From contig CAXWPJ010000009.1 of the NCBI GenBank assembly GCA_963664115.2, forward strand, positions 800,001 to 864,000: 64,000 nt of DNA, written 5' to 3'. The translations under genes and the position numbers were made by a program. This DNA comes from Terriglobia bacterium (GTDB taxonomy: Bacteria; Acidobacteriota; Terriglobia; 20CM-2-55-15). Below, piece by piece: positions 38,586 to 49,941 of the stretch. How positions within the stretch are numbered: position 1 is the stretch's first letter; every line of letters begins with the position of its first letter. Under the pieces are notes generated by a model. That model saw only the letters and a list, made by a program, of their open reading frames with translations, did no database searches and was not told where the DNA came from.

Positions 38586-39323
38586 TTAGTTCGTAGACTG
38601 CGAAATTATCTGGAGGTACCGCCTAAGAGTCCCCTCGAAGCCATGGTCAAAGGATTCCACGACAATGGCGTGGCCGATTGAAACTTCCTGGATGGCTTGG
38701 ATCGTAAGGAATTTCGGCAGGTTGTGCAGGTTCAGGTCGTGCCCCGCGTTGACGCCTATCCCCAGGCTTTCGGCGTGGAGGGCCGCCTCGGAGAACCGTT
38801 TCCACACGGCCTCTTCATCAGGCGTTCCAAAGGCGCGCGCATAGGGTTCGGTGTAGAGTTCGATTCTCTCGGCACCGATTGCCTTTACGCGGGCTATCTG
38901 GGCTTTCACCGGATCCATGAACAAGCTGACACGGATGCCGGCGGACCGGAGGTCGCCGACGATTGGCCTCAAACTGTCGCCGTCGGTTTCGAGATTCCAC
39001 CCGTGGTCTGAGGTCAACTGATTCGGGTCGTCAGGCACGAGGGTGCATTGGTGGGGCCTGACGTCTTTCACGATCTTCAAGAATTCCGGGATGGGATTGC
39101 CTTCGATGTTGAACTCAACGTCCGGATGGGCACCGGTCAACTCGGACAGCTCGTGGACATCGGAATAACGAATGTGGCGTTGGTCCGGCCGGGGATGCAC
39201 CGTAATCCCGTGCGCACCGGCCGCAATCGCTCGTTGGGCCATATTCGCTACGTTCGGGTAGTCGGTGTCGCGGGAATTGCGGATCAGAGCGATCTTGTTA
39301 ACGTTGACGCTGAGTTTGGTCAT
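38586..39323 (-). CDS. pdxJ: Pyridoxine 5'-phosphate synthase
   Basis: LSVNVNKIA, GITVHPRPDQRHI, NIEG, TSDHGW, NAGHDL, EVSIGH. Confidence 0.95.
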   Translation of the reverse strand: MTKLSVNVNKIALIRNSRDTDYPNVANMAQRAIAAGAHGITVHPRPDQRHIRYSDVHELSELTGAHPDVEFNIEGNPIPEFLKIVKDVRPHQCTLVPDDPNQLTSDHGWNLETDGDSLRPIVGDLRSAGIRVSLFMDPVKAQIARVKAIGAERIELYTEPYARAFGTPDEEAVWKRFSEAALHAESLGIGVNAGHDLNLHNLPKFLTIQAIQEVSIGHAIVVESFDHGFEGTLRRYLQIISQSTN

Positions 39324-40570
39324 CAAGTCCCAACAAACTTACGATAGCGGAGCTTACCGACTTTCATTGTCCGTTCCTCACCGGGCGAGAGTTTGATCAG
39401 GCTCCGTGCATCAAGCTGTTTCTCTCCATCGATAGAAACTGCTCCGGATTTGACCAGGCGGGTGGCGTCGGAAACCGAACTCGCCATTCCTGAGGAAGAC
39501 AGGAGTTTTGCCAGGGCAACGCCATCAGAGGGAACTTCAGTCGTTTCGATGTCGTCAGGCACTTCTTTCTTCCCGAACACCCGCTGGAAATGCTCCCGCG
39601 CCGCCGACGCCGCATCCGCGCCGTAGTAGTCGCTGATGATGTGTGCCCCAAGGTCCCCTTTCAACTCCATGGGGTGGCGCTTGCCTGAAACGACTTCCTT
39701 TTTCCATCCCTCTATCTCTTTTACGGGCACGTCGGTCACGAGTTCCCAGTAGCGGTACATCATCGCGTCGGAAATTGACATCACCTTTCCGAATATCTCA
39801 TTGGGTTCTTCATTGATACCGATATAGTTGTCCAGTGACTTGCTCATCTTCTGGACACCATCGGTTCCCTCCAGCAGGGGCATCGTCATGACGATCTGAG
39901 CGGCTTGTCCGTACTCTCTCTGCAGATCGCGCCCGACCAGCAAATTAAACTTCTGGTCCGTACCACCCAGCTCGACATCGGCTTCGAGGGCAACCGAGTC
40001 GTAACCCTGCACGATCGGGTATAACAGTTCATGCATCGAAATGGGCTGCTGCGCCTTGAGTCTCTTCTCGAATTCATCGCGCTCCAGAATCTGCCGCACA
40101 GTGAAGCGTCCACACAGAGCCACAAGCCCTTCGGCGCCCATCTCGGACATCCAGCGGCTATTGAAATCGATCACCGTGGTTTCCGGGTTTAGGATTTTGA
40201 AGATTTGCTTCTTGTAGGTCTCTGCGTTGGCGTTGATTTCTTCTCGAGTCAGTTGCTTTCGAGTGACCGATCGACCGGAAGGATCGCCGATCAAGCCTGT
40301 GAAGTCGCCGATCAGGAAGATGACCGTATGGCCGAGATCCTGAAAGTGCTTCATCTTTCGGATCAGGACCGTGTGCCCCAGATGGATGTCAGGCGCGGTC
40401 GGATCGAAACCGGCTTTCACTTTCAACGGTTGGCCTGTCTTCTGAGATTTCTCCAGCCGTTCAACGAGGTCTTCCCGACGGATGATCTCAACAACTCCCT
40501 TTGACAGGTAGGTCAACTGTTCATCGAGAGACAGCTTCTTGAGGTCTTCGCTCATGCGAGTCTCATCCAT
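39323..40570 (-). CDS. tyrS: Tyrosine--tRNA ligase
   Basis: [32 protein letters not shown]-terminal S4 domain. Confidence 0.97.
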   Translation of the reverse strand: MDETRMSEDLKKLSLDEQLTYLSKGVVEIIRREDLVERLEKSQKTGQPLKVKAGFDPTAPDIHLGHTVLIRKMKHFQDLGHTVIFLIGDFTGLIGDPSGRSVTRKQLTREEINANAETYKKQIFKILNPETTVIDFNSRWMSEMGAEGLVALCGRFTVRQILERDEFEKRLKAQQPISMHELLYPIVQGYDSVALEADVELGGTDQKFNLLVGRDLQREYGQAAQIVMTMPLLEGTDGVQKMSKSLDNYIGINEEPNEIFGKVMSISDAMMYRYWELVTDVPVKEIEGWKKEVVSGKRHPMELKGDLGAHIISDYYGADAASAAREHFQRVFGKKEVPDDIETTEVPSDGVALAKLLSSSGMASSVSDATRLVKSGAVSIDGEKQLDARSLIKLSPGEERTMKVGKLRYRKFVGT

Positions 40571-41183
40571 CTATGACGACCCGGCGATCGCGGATTTCAC
40601 ACCGGCCGTCAAGAACCTTCCCAATGGCTTCGGAATACAATCGATGCTCCTGCCAGAGGATACGGTCGGAAAGATCTTCAACCGTATCTCCATCCAGAAC
40701 CGGGACGATGACCTGACGCACAATCGGACCCCCGTCCAGGGACTCGTCCACGAAGTGTACGGTACAACCGCTGAATTTTACGCCATGTTCCAGGGCCTGG
40801 CGTTGCGCCTCCAGACCTGGAAAGGCTGGGAGCAGCGAAGGGTGGATATTCAAGATGCGCAGTGGAAAAGCTTTGACGAAAACAGGACTCAGAATACGCA
40901 TGAATCCGGCCAGGCACACCAGAGCGACGTCGTGTTCCTCAAGCAGCGCGACGACTTTCCTATCGTACTCTTCACGTTTGAGACCCGCCGAAGGCAGGTA
41001 GGCCGTCTTGAGGCCCCGCCGGCGGGCTTCTTCGAGACCCGCGGCCGCCTCGTTGTTGCTCAGTACCAGGGCAATCTCCGCATTGAGCATGCCCTGATCG
41101 ATCTGGTTTGCGATCGCCTGGAAGTTCGAGCCTCGACCTGAGAGGAGGACAGCCATTCTCCGGCTATTGAGCTCGATTTTCAT
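40563..41183 (-). CDS. purN: Phosphoribosylglycinamide formyltransferase
   Basis: [31 protein letters not shown]. Confidence 0.97.
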   Translation of the reverse strand: MKIELNSRRMAVLLSGRGSNFQAIANQIDQGMLNAEIALVLSNNEAAAGLEEARRRGLKTAYLPSAGLKREEYDRKVVALLEEHDVALVCLAGFMRILSPVFVKAFPLRILNIHPSLLPAFPGLEAQRQALEHGVKFSGCTVHFVDESLDGGPIVRQVIVPVLDGDTVEDLSDRILWQEHRLYSEAIGKVLDGRCEIRDRRVVIDG

Positions 41184-42208
41184 GCAAGGTAGGAAACTTT
41201 CCGTTCGCCTTCAACCACCCGGCCAATGACGCAGTGCTCCGACATTATGCCCTCACCGAAAGACTCCAGCGAATCCGGCCGGATCACCGCAATCATACCG
41301 ATCCCCATATTCGTCGCACGGAGCATCTCTTCGGAATCGACGGAACCGATCTTCGCCAACAACCCAAAAACGGGCAGGACGGGCCAGGAGCCCAGTTGGA
41401 TTTCCGCCTGGCAACCGTCAGGAAGAATCCGGGGCAGATTGTCGGTGATGCCTCCGCCGGTAATGTGCGCCAACCCCAACACCGCGTCCAGGACGGGGCG
41501 CAGGACGGGCTCGTAGTTCAGGTGGGGCTTGAGCAATTCTTCTCCGATCGAGATACCCAGTTCCGGAGGAACGGTGTCCACCGACCATCCCTCAACATCG
41601 AAAAACAGTTTCCGGGCCAGGGAATAGCCGTTGGTATGCAATCCGACAGAAGGCAAACCGACGATCAGATCACCGGATTGGATGCTCTTCCCGTCGATGA
41701 TCCGGCTCCGGTCTACGACGCCAACAATGAAACCCGCAACGTCGTATTCCCCATCCTTGTAGAATCCAGGCATCTCGGCTGTTTCGCCCCCAAGCAAGGC
41801 GCAACCCGCATCGGCACAAGCGGTGGCAATCCCCTCGACGACCGATACAATCACATCCGGTTCGAGACGACCCGTAGCCACATAATCCATAAAGAACAGT
41901 GGGCGTGCCCCCTGGACACCGATGTCGTTCACACAGTGGTTGACCAGATCCGCGCCCACCGTGTCATGACGTCCGGTCATGAAAGCGGCCTTCAGTTTCG
42001 TGCCGACGCCGTCGCTGCTCGATACCAGAACGGGTTCGCTCATGTTCGGGAACCGAGCGTCGAAGAGGCCACCGAATCCACCGATTTCGCTGAGAACCCC
42101 CGGGGTGAAGGTCTTACGGGCGAGCTTGCTGATCCGCTCTGTCGCCTCGGACGCAGCATCAATGTTGACTCCGGATTCCTTGTAGGTAAATGAACGGTCA
42201 GTGGTCAT
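41180..42208 (-). CDS. purM: AIR synthetase
   Basis: YKESGV, DGVGTK, GGETAEMPG, HTNGYS, HITGGG. Confidence 0.97.
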   Translation of the reverse strand: MTTDRSFTYKESGVNIDAASEATERISKLARKTFTPGVLSEIGGFGGLFDARFPNMSEPVLVSSSDGVGTKLKAAFMTGRHDTVGADLVNHCVNDIGVQGARPLFFMDYVATGRLEPDVIVSVVEGIATACADAGCALLGGETAEMPGFYKDGEYDVAGFIVGVVDRSRIIDGKSIQSGDLIVGLPSVGLHTNGYSLARKLFFDVEGWSVDTVPPELGISIGEELLKPHLNYEPVLRPVLDAVLGLAHITGGGITDNLPRILPDGCQAEIQLGSWPVLPVFGLLAKIGSVDSEEMLRATNMGIGMIAVIRPDSLESFGEGIMSEHCVIGRVVEGERKVSYLA

Positions 42209-42216
42209 TTGATGGG

Positions 42217-42273
42217 GAAGTCAGAAGTGCAGAGTTAAAAGCGGAGATCTCTTGACTGTTCACTCTCAACTCA
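42217..42273. repeat. Short hairpin of degenerate heptamers between purF and purM
   Basis: gaagtca-gaagtgc-agagtta-aaagcgg ... tgactgt-tcactct-caactca. Confidence 0.4.
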
Positions 42274-42277
42274 TAAA

Positions 42278-43741
42278 TCAGGAATCGTCTCCAGCGTCTC
42301 CATGTGCGCTAAAGACGGGCCAGCCCTCTTCAAGGATATCGGGATCGGGCTTCGTCCACAGATCAAGCTGACGGTCGTCGGCTTTGGCATCGAAGATCTC
42401 GGTGCTCAACTCAAGCGGATAACTCCCTGTGTAACAGGCGGTGCAGAACTCCCCCGCGGTGCCCTCAACCGCCTCCAACAATCCCGGAAGCGACAGGTAG
42501 GACAGGGAATCGGCTTCGATGTACTTTCGAATCTCTTCGACCGTGTGACTGGCGCCGATCAACTCTCGCCGGTTTGGCGTATCGATGCCGTAAAAGCACG
42601 GGGAAATCGTGGGCGGGCAACTGATACGGACATGAACCTCACGTGCACCCGCGGCACGCACCATCTTGACGATCTTGCGGCTCGTCGTCCCCCGAACAAT
42701 GGAGTCATCGATCAAGATGACGCGTTTGCCGGCAAGCAATTCTTTCACAGGGTTCAGTTTCACCTTTACGCCGAAATGCCGGATGGTCTGCTTCGGCTCG
42801 ATGAAAGTCCGGCCGACGTAGTGATTTCGGATCAGGCCAAACGAAAAAGGAATGTCTACCCGCTGTGAATACCCGACTGCCGCGGTGACCCCTGAATCGG
42901 GAACAGGGACAACGAGATCGGCATCCACCGGGGATTCCTCGGCCAGAATGCGTCCCATCCGTTCCCGGCTGGCCTGGACTGTCCTGTCGAAAACAATGCT
43001 GTCGGGCCGAGCGAAATAAACATGCTCGAAAATGCACTTGGCCTGCCGCGGCCCGGTCGGGAGTTCGGACGAACGGATCTCGTCGCCGTTGATCGCCACA
43101 ACCTCTCCCGGCCGTATTTCCCGGATATAGGACGCGTTAATCAGGTCGAAGGCACACGACTCAGAAGCAACCACGTAAGACCCATTGAACTTTCCGATAC
43201 ATAGCGGACGGAAGCCGTAGGGATCCCGCGCCGCGATCAAGGTCCCCTCGCTCAGCAAAAGCAGGGAATACGCACCCTGAACGCGACCCAGCGCTGCCAC
43301 TAGCGCGTCGTCAAGAAGCTCACCCTCAGCCCGTGCGAGCAAATGCAATATGACTTCGCTGTCACTGCTGGATTGAAACACCGCGCCCTCGGCTTCCAAT
43401 TCTTCTCTGAGCGCTGTGGCGTTAATCAGGTTGCCGTTGTGGCAGAGCGACACTTCGCCGTGGGTGCTCTTGACGACGATGGGCTGCGCGTTGTTCCGTG
43501 AACTGTCACCGGAGGTGGAGTAACGGGTATGTCCAATCGCGCTGTTACCGGTCAGGCGTTGCAGGGTCCGCTCCGAATAGACCTCCCCCACATGACCCAT
43601 GGCTTTGTGCGTGCGAAGCTGTTTCCCGTCAGATACGGATATACCGGTGCTCTCCTGCCCCCTGTGCTGGAGGGCATACAGTCCCAGGTAGGTGAGACGG
43701 GCTGCTTCGTGCTGGTTGGCGATACCGAAAATGCCACACAT
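42278..43741 (-). CDS. purF: Amidophosphoribosyltransferase (Fe-S type)
   Basis: MCGIFG, LQHRGQE, GHTRYST, DDSIVRGTT, CFYGID, CTAC. Confidence 0.97.
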   Translation of the reverse strand: MCGIFGIANQHEAARLTYLGLYALQHRGQESTGISVSDGKQLRTHKAMGHVGEVYSERTLQRLTGNSAIGHTRYSTSGDSSRNNAQPIVVKSTHGEVSLCHNGNLINATALREELEAEGAVFQSSSDSEVILHLLARAEGELLDDALVAALGRVQGAYSLLLLSEGTLIAARDPYGFRPLCIGKFNGSYVVASESCAFDLINASYIREIRPGEVVAINGDEIRSSELPTGPRQAKCIFEHVYFARPDSIVFDRTVQASRERMGRILAEESPVDADLVVPVPDSGVTAAVGYSQRVDIPFSFGLIRNHYVGRTFIEPKQTIRHFGVKVKLNPVKELLAGKRVILIDDSIVRGTTSRKIVKMVRAAGAREVHVRISCPPTISPCFYGIDTPNRRELIGASHTVEEIRKYIEADSLSYLSLPGLLEAVEGTAGEFCTACYTGSYPLELSTEIFDAKADDRQLDLWTKPDPDILEEGWPVFSAHGDAGDDS

Positions 43742-43763
43742 GGTGTTTGGTTGAAGTCCTAGT

Positions 43764-45998
43764 CTAACCGAACCGTGATCGGTTTTCGAGAAGGCCTTCC
43801 AGACCCGACCCCCAGGCGTCCTCGATGTCGGCTATGGCGACGTCGATCGCACGCGCGCCCTCATAGTCCAGGATGAAGCGATCACCGCCAACCACTCCGA
43901 TCTCATGAGCTATCAGGCCGGCCTCGGCCACACTTCGAGCCAATGCGGACCCATTGTCGGTTGACATCAACACCCGCGTTGGAAATTCTCCAAACAGATC
44001 CCGGCAAACTTCGAGCCGGGAGGGCACACGCACTGCGGCTCCGACCGGGCCACGATGGAGTGTTCCAAAGCAGGACTCGGCCAGCGCCACAGCGAAGCCC
44101 CCCTCACTGAGATCGTGCGCTGAGTGGACGCGGGAATCGCGAATCAGAGCTGCAATCAAATTCTGCATGGCCCGTTCCTCTTCGAGATCAATCCGATCTG
44201 AACGTGAGGCTGTTTCCAGTAGCAGGATCGCGTCGCCCGGGTTCTGAAACGCGGACGGCGTGACCAGTGCCAGGTCCTCGATCAAACCGACGATACCAAT
44301 GACGGGCGTGGGGTAAATGTCTTCCTTAAACGTTTCGTTGTAAAAGCTGACGTTGCCTCCGGTGATCGGCGTCTCGAACACCAGGCAGGCCTCGGAAATT
44401 CCGTCGACGACCTCGCTGAACTGCCACATCACTTCCGGATGCTCCGGGTTGCCAAAATTCAGACAATTCGTCGCCGCAACAGGTCTCGCGCCCGTACACA
44501 CCAGGTTGCGACACGCCTCCGCGACGGCTTTTCGAGCTCCCTCCCGGGGATCCCGGGCGACATGCACTCCGGGGCCGTCCAGTACCATGGCGAGCGCTTT
44601 GTGTGTCCCTTTCACTCTGAGAACGGCTGCATCCGACCCGGGACCCACCATCGTGTTGGACTGAACCATGTGGTCGTATTGCTCCCAGATCCAGCGTCGG
44701 CTGGCCAGGTTGGGTGAAACCAGTGCCCGCATAAGCAGGTCGGCGTAATCACTATTCCCGGGATTGCTGTCTGCTTCGCGGAACGCGGCCACGGTTGCAT
44801 CAGGACAGGTGTCGAGAAAACTGTAACGGGTCAACCAACCGTCGACCCGGGGCTTGGAAGGCGGTGCCAGGGGTCTGTTGTAGAGAGGCGCGTCGTCGGC
44901 CAGAGGGCCGTTCGGAATTTCAGCGACGGTTTCTCCGTCCATTTGAACGCGAAGCAGACCGTCAGCCTTGACCTCGCCTACGTCGACGGCGTCCAGGCCC
45001 CACTTGCGAAAGACCTCAAACAACTCCGGTGCGCGAGAGGGCTCGGCGACCAGGAGCATCCGTTCCTGAGATTCACTGAGCATGATTTCGTAGGCCCCCA
45101 ATCCGGACTCGCGTTGCGGTACACGATCCAGATCGAGATCGACGCCGGTGCCGGCGCGCGCGCCCATCTCGCAACCCGAGCAGGTCAGGCCGGCGGCGCC
45201 CATGTCCTGAATTCCGACAACCAGGCCCTTCTCCATCACCTCAAGACATGCTTCCATCAGAAGCTTTTCCATGAACGGGTCACCGATCTGGACGTTGGGC
45301 CGCTTGGCTCCGGCGTCCTCACCAAAACCCGCCGATGCCATCGTCGCGCCGTGAATTCCGTCGCGGCCGGTCTTGGCGCCCACATAGATCACCCGATTGC
45401 CGACACCCGTGGCCTGTCCCAGGAAAATTTTATCCTTCTCGAATATGCCGAGCGCGAAGGCGTTGACCAGCGGGTTCTGAGAGTAGCAATCGGCGAAATA
45501 CACTTCGCCTCCGACCGTAGGGACGCCAAAACAATTGCCGTAGGCGGCGATACCCCCAACCACGCCCTCGAGAATTTGTCGATTCTGAGCCTGGTCAAGA
45601 GGGCCGAAGCGCAAGCTGTTCATCGCCGCGATCGGCCGGGCCCCCATCGTGAAAATGTCGCGGAGGATCCCACCAACCCCTGTGGCCGCACCCTGGAACG
45701 GCTCGATGAACGAGGGATGGTTGTGAGATTCGATCTTGAACGCAACCGCCAGCCCGTCGCCGATATCGATGATGCCTGCGTTTTCTCCCGGGCCCTGAAG
45801 GACGGACGGTCCTTCGGTGGGCAGACGCTTGAGATGAACACGTGAGCTCTTGTAGCTGCAGTGTTCGCTCCACATGACGCTGAAGATACCCAGTTCGGTC
45901 AGGTTGGCTTCCCGACCGAGTATCTTCCGGATCCGCGCGTACTCTTCCCTGGACAGATTGTGTTCGGCCAGAGCTTCTTCGGTGATAGCTGTCGACAT
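43764..45998 (-). CDS. purL: FGAM synthase subunit PurL
   Basis: [47 protein letters not shown]. Confidence 0.97.
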   Translation of the reverse strand: MSTAITEEALAEHNLSREEYARIRKILGREANLTELGIFSVMWSEHCSYKSSRVHLKRLPTEGPSVLQGPGENAGIIDIGDGLAVAFKIESHNHPSFIEPFQGAATGVGGILRDIFTMGARPIAAMNSLRFGPLDQAQNRQILEGVVGGIAAYGNCFGVPTVGGEVYFADCYSQNPLVNAFALGIFEKDKIFLGQATGVGNRVIYVGAKTGRDGIHGATMASAGFGEDAGAKRPNVQIGDPFMEKLLMEACLEVMEKGLVVGIQDMGAAGLTCSGCEMGARAGTGVDLDLDRVPQRESGLGAYEIMLSESQERMLLVAEPSRAPELFEVFRKWGLDAVDVGEVKADGLLRVQMDGETVAEIPNGPLADDAPLYNRPLAPPSKPRVDGWLTRYSFLDTCPDATVAAFREADSNPGNSDYADLLMRALVSPNLASRRWIWEQYDHMVQSNTMVGPGSDAAVLRVKGTHKALAMVLDGPGVHVARDPREGARKAVAEACRNLVCTGARPVAATNCLNFGNPEHPEVMWQFSEVVDGISEACLVFETPITGGNVSFYNETFKEDIYPTPVIGIVGLIEDLALVTPSAFQNPGDAILLLETASRSDRIDLEEERAMQNLIAALIRDSRVHSAHDLSEGGFAVALAESCFGTLHRGPVGAAVRVPSRLEVCRDLFGEFPTRVLMSTDNGSALARSVAEAGLIAHEIGVVGGDRFILDYEGARAIDVAIADIEDAWGSGLEGLLENRSRFG

Positions 45999-46003
45999 TG
46001 GCT

Positions 46004-46699
46004 TCAGGCGTGGGAAAGGGCTGTGACCATGGATTCGAAGATCAAACGTCCGTCCTCGCTACCGAGCATCTGCTCGCTGGAGCGATCCGGGTGAGGCATC
46101 ATTCCCAGTACGTTACGGCTCTCGTTAACGATGCCGGCGATGTTGTTCAAGGAGCCGTTCGGGTTGGCGCTATCGGTGGCCTTACCCCGAGCGTCAACAT
46201 ATCGAAAGACCACCTGGTCCTGGTCTTCAAGCCTGCGAACCGTATCGTCGTCGGCGTAAAAATTGCCTTCTCCGTGCCCGATCGGGATAGAGAGAAGTTG
46301 CCCTTCTTTCATACCGGATGAAAACGGTGTGGCCACCGATTCGGTTCTCAGATGCAGCCATCGGCAAACGTACTTCATGCCAACGTTCGGAAGCAGTGCG
46401 CCGGGAAGCAGCCCGGCTTCCATCAGAATCTGAAAGCCGTTACAGATACCGATCACCAGAGCGCCACTCTTAGCGAATCCGTTCAAGGCTTCCATCACGG
46501 GAGAAAAACGCGCAATGGCCCCGGTCCGGAGATAGTCCCCATAGGCGAAGCCACCGGGCAGGATCACGGCGTCGAAGCCGTCGAGGCTCGTCTCCTGGTG
46601 CCAGATGAACTCGACCGGCTGGCCCAGGACGGACCCCATCGCGTAATAACAGTCGTGGTCGCAGTTCGACCCGGGAAAGATGACGACTCCGAACTTCAC
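46004..46699 (-). CDS. purQ: FGAM synthase glutaminase subunit PurQ
   Basis: [29 protein letters not shown]. Confidence 0.97.
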   Translation of the reverse strand: MKFGVVIFPGSNCDHDCYYAMGSVLGQPVEFIWHQETSLDGFDAVILPGGFAYGDYLRTGAIARFSPVMEALNGFAKSGALVIGICNGFQILMEAGLLPGALLPNVGMKYVCRWLHLRTESVATPFSSGMKEGQLLSIPIGHGEGNFYADDDTVRRLEDQDQVVFRYVDARGKATDSANPNGSLNNIAGIVNESRNVLGMMPHPDRSSEQMLGSEDGRLIFESMVTALSHA

Positions 46700-46706
46700 T
46701 TTCCGC

Positions 46707-46949
46707 TCATTCCCAAATGATCCGATAGTTTTCGATGACAGGGTTTGTCAGTACATCCCTCGCCAGACGCTCAACCAGGGCCTTGCGGTCCGCTTCGCCC
46801 AGATCGTCACCGACCTCCACGTCGAAGTGCTTCCCCTGGCGCACTTCACTCACTCCCGATATACCGGCCGTCTCCAGATTCCGGTGGATCGTGAGCCCCT
46901 GAGGATCGAGAACCGTCGGCTTAAGGGTCACGATTACTGTCGCTTTCAC
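46707..46949 (-). CDS. purS: FGAM synthase subunit PurS
   Basis: [24 protein letters not shown]. Confidence 0.95.
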   Translation of the reverse strand: MKATVIVTLKPTVLDPQGLTIHRNLETAGISGVSEVRQGKHFDVEVGDDLGEADRKALVERLARDVLTNPVIENYRIIWE

Positions 46950-46995
46950 GGTCTACTCTTTCCTTGAAGACGAACCTACCGTTAAGAACAAAGAG

Positions 46996-47100
46996 TTCAA
47001 CACGAAGGTCACGAAGATTAACGAAGTAAGAGAAGGTTTGTATCAGAAGAAAAAGCTTTCTTCGTGCCCTTCGTTAGCCTTCGTGCCCTTCGTGTTAAAA
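46996..47100. repeat. Intergenic palindrome of CACGAAGGT-type 9-mers
   Basis: ttcaacacgaaggtcacgaagattaacgaag ... cttcgtgcccttcgttagccttcgtgcccttcgtgttaaaa. Confidence 0.8.
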
Positions 47101-47105
47101 AAACA

Positions 47106-48416
47106 TCAAGCGGCACTTTCCCCATCCCCAAAGACGCGGTTGAAGATGTAATCCACGTTCTCCAACAGGCGCTCTGAATTAAAGACCTGGTCAATGTGTT
47201 TGCTGTCGAGGCGCCCGCAGATGTCTGCGTCGGCGAGCACACTGTCTTTGAAGCCCACGCCCTCGTCCCACACACGCATGGCGTTTCTCTGGACCCAACC
47301 ATACGCTTCCTCGCGGGCGACTCCCCCCTCGACCAAGCGCAGCAACAATTGCCCCGAATAGATGAGTCCGTGGGTCAGGTCGAGGTTGGCCTTCATCCTG
47401 TCCGGATAGACGACGAGACGCTCGATGAGATTCGCAGTGCGATCCAGGAGGTAATCGAGCAGAATCGTCGAATCCGGGAAGATGATCCGTTCGGCCGAAG
47501 AGTGGGAGATGTCACGCTCATGCCACAGTGCCACGTTTTCGAACCCCGCCAGCGCGTTGGCCCGCAGGATGCGAGCCAGTCCGGAAATCTGTTCCGAAGC
47601 GATCGGGTTCCGCTTGTGTGGCATCGCCGAAGAACCCTTCTGCTTGGAAGAAAAATACTCCTGCGCCTCCCGCACCTCGGTCCTTTGAAGGTGCCGCACT
47701 TCGACGGCGATCTTCTCCAGACTCGCCCCGACGAGTGCAATCGCTGAAATAAAGTGTGCGTGACTGTCCCTTTGAACCACTTGTGACGAGGCCGTCGCGT
47801 GCACGAGGCCCAGTCGCTCCATCACGCGTTCTTCGATTCCGGGAGACAGATGCGCAAAGGTTCCGACTGCGCCGGAAAGCTTACCGACCCGCATCCCTTC
47901 GGCGGCCTCGGCGATACGATGGCGCTGGCGACGGATCTCGTCATACCAGATTGCCAGCTTGTGGCCGAACGTGATGGGCTCGGCATGAATGCCATGCGTG
48001 CGTCCCACCATCACGGTGGTCTTGAACTCGTGGGCGCGTTTTCGAAGAACTTCCAGGAAGTGGTCCATCCCTTCCAGAAGGATCGCGGAAGCTTCCCGGA
48101 CCTGAAGGGCCAGGGCCGTGTCGACGACATCGGACGAAGTCAGCCCGTAGTGGAAGTATCTGGAAGACTCACCCACGTGCTCGGCGACTGTGGAGGTAAA
48201 CGCGATCACGTCGTGACGGACTTCGGCTTCGATTTCTTCGATACGCTCAACGGAAAAGTCCGCGCGCTCGCGAATTGCCTTCGCCGCATCGGTGGGCACG
48301 ACGCCGTCCTCCTCAAGGACGCTTGTCGCTGCGAGTTCGACCTCCAGCCACTTGCGGTACTTGTTCTCTTCCTCCCAGATGCGGCCCATGACTGGACGCG
48401 TATATCGTGGGATCAA
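47106..48416 (-). CDS. purB: Adenylosuccinate lyase
   Basis: MIPRY, HYGLTSSD, GRTHGIHAEP, GSSAMPHKRNP, WHERDISHSS. Confidence 0.97.
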   Translation of the reverse strand: MIPRYTRPVMGRIWEEENKYRKWLEVELAATSVLEEDGVVPTDAAKAIRERADFSVERIEEIEAEVRHDVIAFTSTVAEHVGESSRYFHYGLTSSDVVDTALALQVREASAILLEGMDHFLEVLRKRAHEFKTTVMVGRTHGIHAEPITFGHKLAIWYDEIRRQRHRIAEAAEGMRVGKLSGAVGTFAHLSPGIEERVMERLGLVHATASSQVVQRDSHAHFISAIALVGASLEKIAVEVRHLQRTEVREAQEYFSSKQKGSSAMPHKRNPIASEQISGLARILRANALAGFENVALWHERDISHSSAERIIFPDSTILLDYLLDRTANLIERLVVYPDRMKANLDLTHGLIYSGQLLLRLVEGGVAREEAYGWVQRNAMRVWDEGVGFKDSVLADADICGRLDSKHIDQVFNSERLLENVDYIFNRVFGDGESAA

Positions 48417-48428
48417 ATCTCCGCTCTC

Positions 48429-49217
48429 CTAAGCTAGTTCTATGGGTGGACTTGGCGTGTCCTGTGAAGCCAGCGAGACCGAGGTCCCGGCAAAACCTTT
48501 CGAAGACAGGGCCTGGCACGCTTCCAGCCGGGCGATTTCAGGGTGGTTGTTCTTGGAACTGAGATGGGCCAGAACAAGATGCTCAGCCTCACCGTCGAAA
48601 GATTCTGCGAGATAGCGGCCGACGGTCGCGTTGGAAAGGTGCCCGTTTCTGCCCACCAGCCTTTCCTTCAGACTCCAGGGATAGGGTCCCATCCGGAGCA
48701 TGTCGACATCGTGATTCGACTCCAGGATCAGGATGTGACTCCCCTTCATGAAATCCGCTACGTGATCGGGAATCCAGCCCAGATCGGTCAGTTGAGTCAC
48801 CTTGATACCATTGTAGCGCACTGAAAAAGCCGTGGGCTCCTCGGCATCATGGGGAACGGCAACCGTATCGACTTCCACATCCCCGATCGTAAAGCTCTGG
48901 CCGGGAATGACAGGCACAATGGCTGACCTGTTCATGTCGTAGCTGTCCACCCGGCTGCCATCGATAGTGCCGCACGACATGTACACATCGAGCGACATCT
49001 TCTTCACCATAGTCTTAAGACCCGCTACGTGGTCGGTGTGCTCGTGGGTGATCAGCACCGCATCGATCTTGTCCGGGTCCTCCCCGATGGCCCTGAGGCG
49101 CTTCGCCAGCGTCCTGGGACCGAGCCCGCAGTCGATGAGCAGGGAAACCCTCTCGGTCCGGATCAATGTCGCGTTACCCCGACTCCCGCTGCCCAGGACG
49201 GAAACTTTTATAGACAT
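48429..49217 (-). CDS. MBL-fold metallohydrolase (YycJ/WalJ-like)
   Basis: LGSGSRGN, THEHTDH, HD, TDLG, LESNHD, GHLSN, HLS. Confidence 0.9.
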   Translation of the reverse strand: MSIKVSVLGSGSRGNATLIRTERVSLLIDCGLGPRTLAKRLRAIGEDPDKIDAVLITHEHTDHVAGLKTMVKKMSLDVYMSCGTIDGSRVDSYDMNRSAIVPVIPGQSFTIGDVEVDTVAVPHDAEEPTAFSVRYNGIKVTQLTDLGWIPDHVADFMKGSHILILESNHDVDMLRMGPYPWSLKERLVGRNGHLSNATVGRYLAESFDGEAEHLVLAHLSSKNNHPEIARLEACQALSSKGFAGTSVSLASQDTPSPPIELA

Positions 49218-49367
49218 TCGAAGAAATCCAAGCAAGTGATTGGTGTGCAAGACTGTATCAGAGCCTGGGAAGAACCGCGGCCCGCGCTTGCTGTCACAGT
49301 ATCGGGACCAGAGTGGACAGGTCGGGGGAACCTACCAATAAAATCCGAATTTCGATAGAATACACCT

Positions 49368-49931
49368 ATGCGTCTCAAGCCATTTGTGTTCTTCTCCCTG
49401 GTCGGGTTGCTGGCGGGTTATGCCATCTACCGGGAATCAGTCGCGCCGGATCCGACCTTGATCGGCTCTGTGGCACCTGAGTTCGAACTCACGGACCAGG
49501 ATGGCCAGACCGTCCGCCTCAGTGACTACGCCGGAAACCTGGTGTTCCTCAACTTCTGGGCCACCTGGTGCGAACCTTGCATCGTTGAGATGCCGGACAT
49601 GATGGCCTTGAATGAGACCTTTGAGGGCCGCCCCTTCAAGATGCTCGCGATCAGCATCGACACCAATTGGGAAGACGTTCGCGAGTTTTACGAAGAACAT
49701 GGCCTGGACATCCCGACAGCCCTGGACCCGGGCCGCCAGGTTTATACAAAATACAGGGCCCTCGGCGTACCGGAAACGTTCTTCATCGATGGTAACGGAA
49801 ACATTGTCCAGAAGTTCATCAGCTACCGCCGATGGATGAGTCCCCAGTTTCTGACTGAAATCGAAGAACTGGTAGCCCGGCACGAAAACGGCACGCTCTC
49901 TGAAGCGATCAGCAGCCGAACCGGGGATTGA
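49368..49931 (+). CDS. TlpA/ResA-family thiol-disulfide oxidoreductase
   Basis: N-terminal anchor; NFWATWCEPC; GVPETFFID. Confidence 0.92.
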   Translation: MRLKPFVFFSLVGLLAGYAIYRESVAPDPTLIGSVAPEFELTDQDGQTVRLSDYAGNLVFLNFWATWCEPCIVEMPDMMALNETFEGRPFKMLAISIDTNWEDVREFYEEHGLDIPTALDPGRQVYTKYRALGVPETFFIDGNGNIVQKFISYRRWMSPQFLTEIEELVARHENGTLSEAISSRTGD

Positions 49932-49941
49932 CCCGTCCCCC

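Noticed and set aside
36473-47100. Short tandem repeats as a possible CRISPR array
   Set aside because: The units are 9-mers in inverted arms without unique spacers, and there are no cas genes in the window
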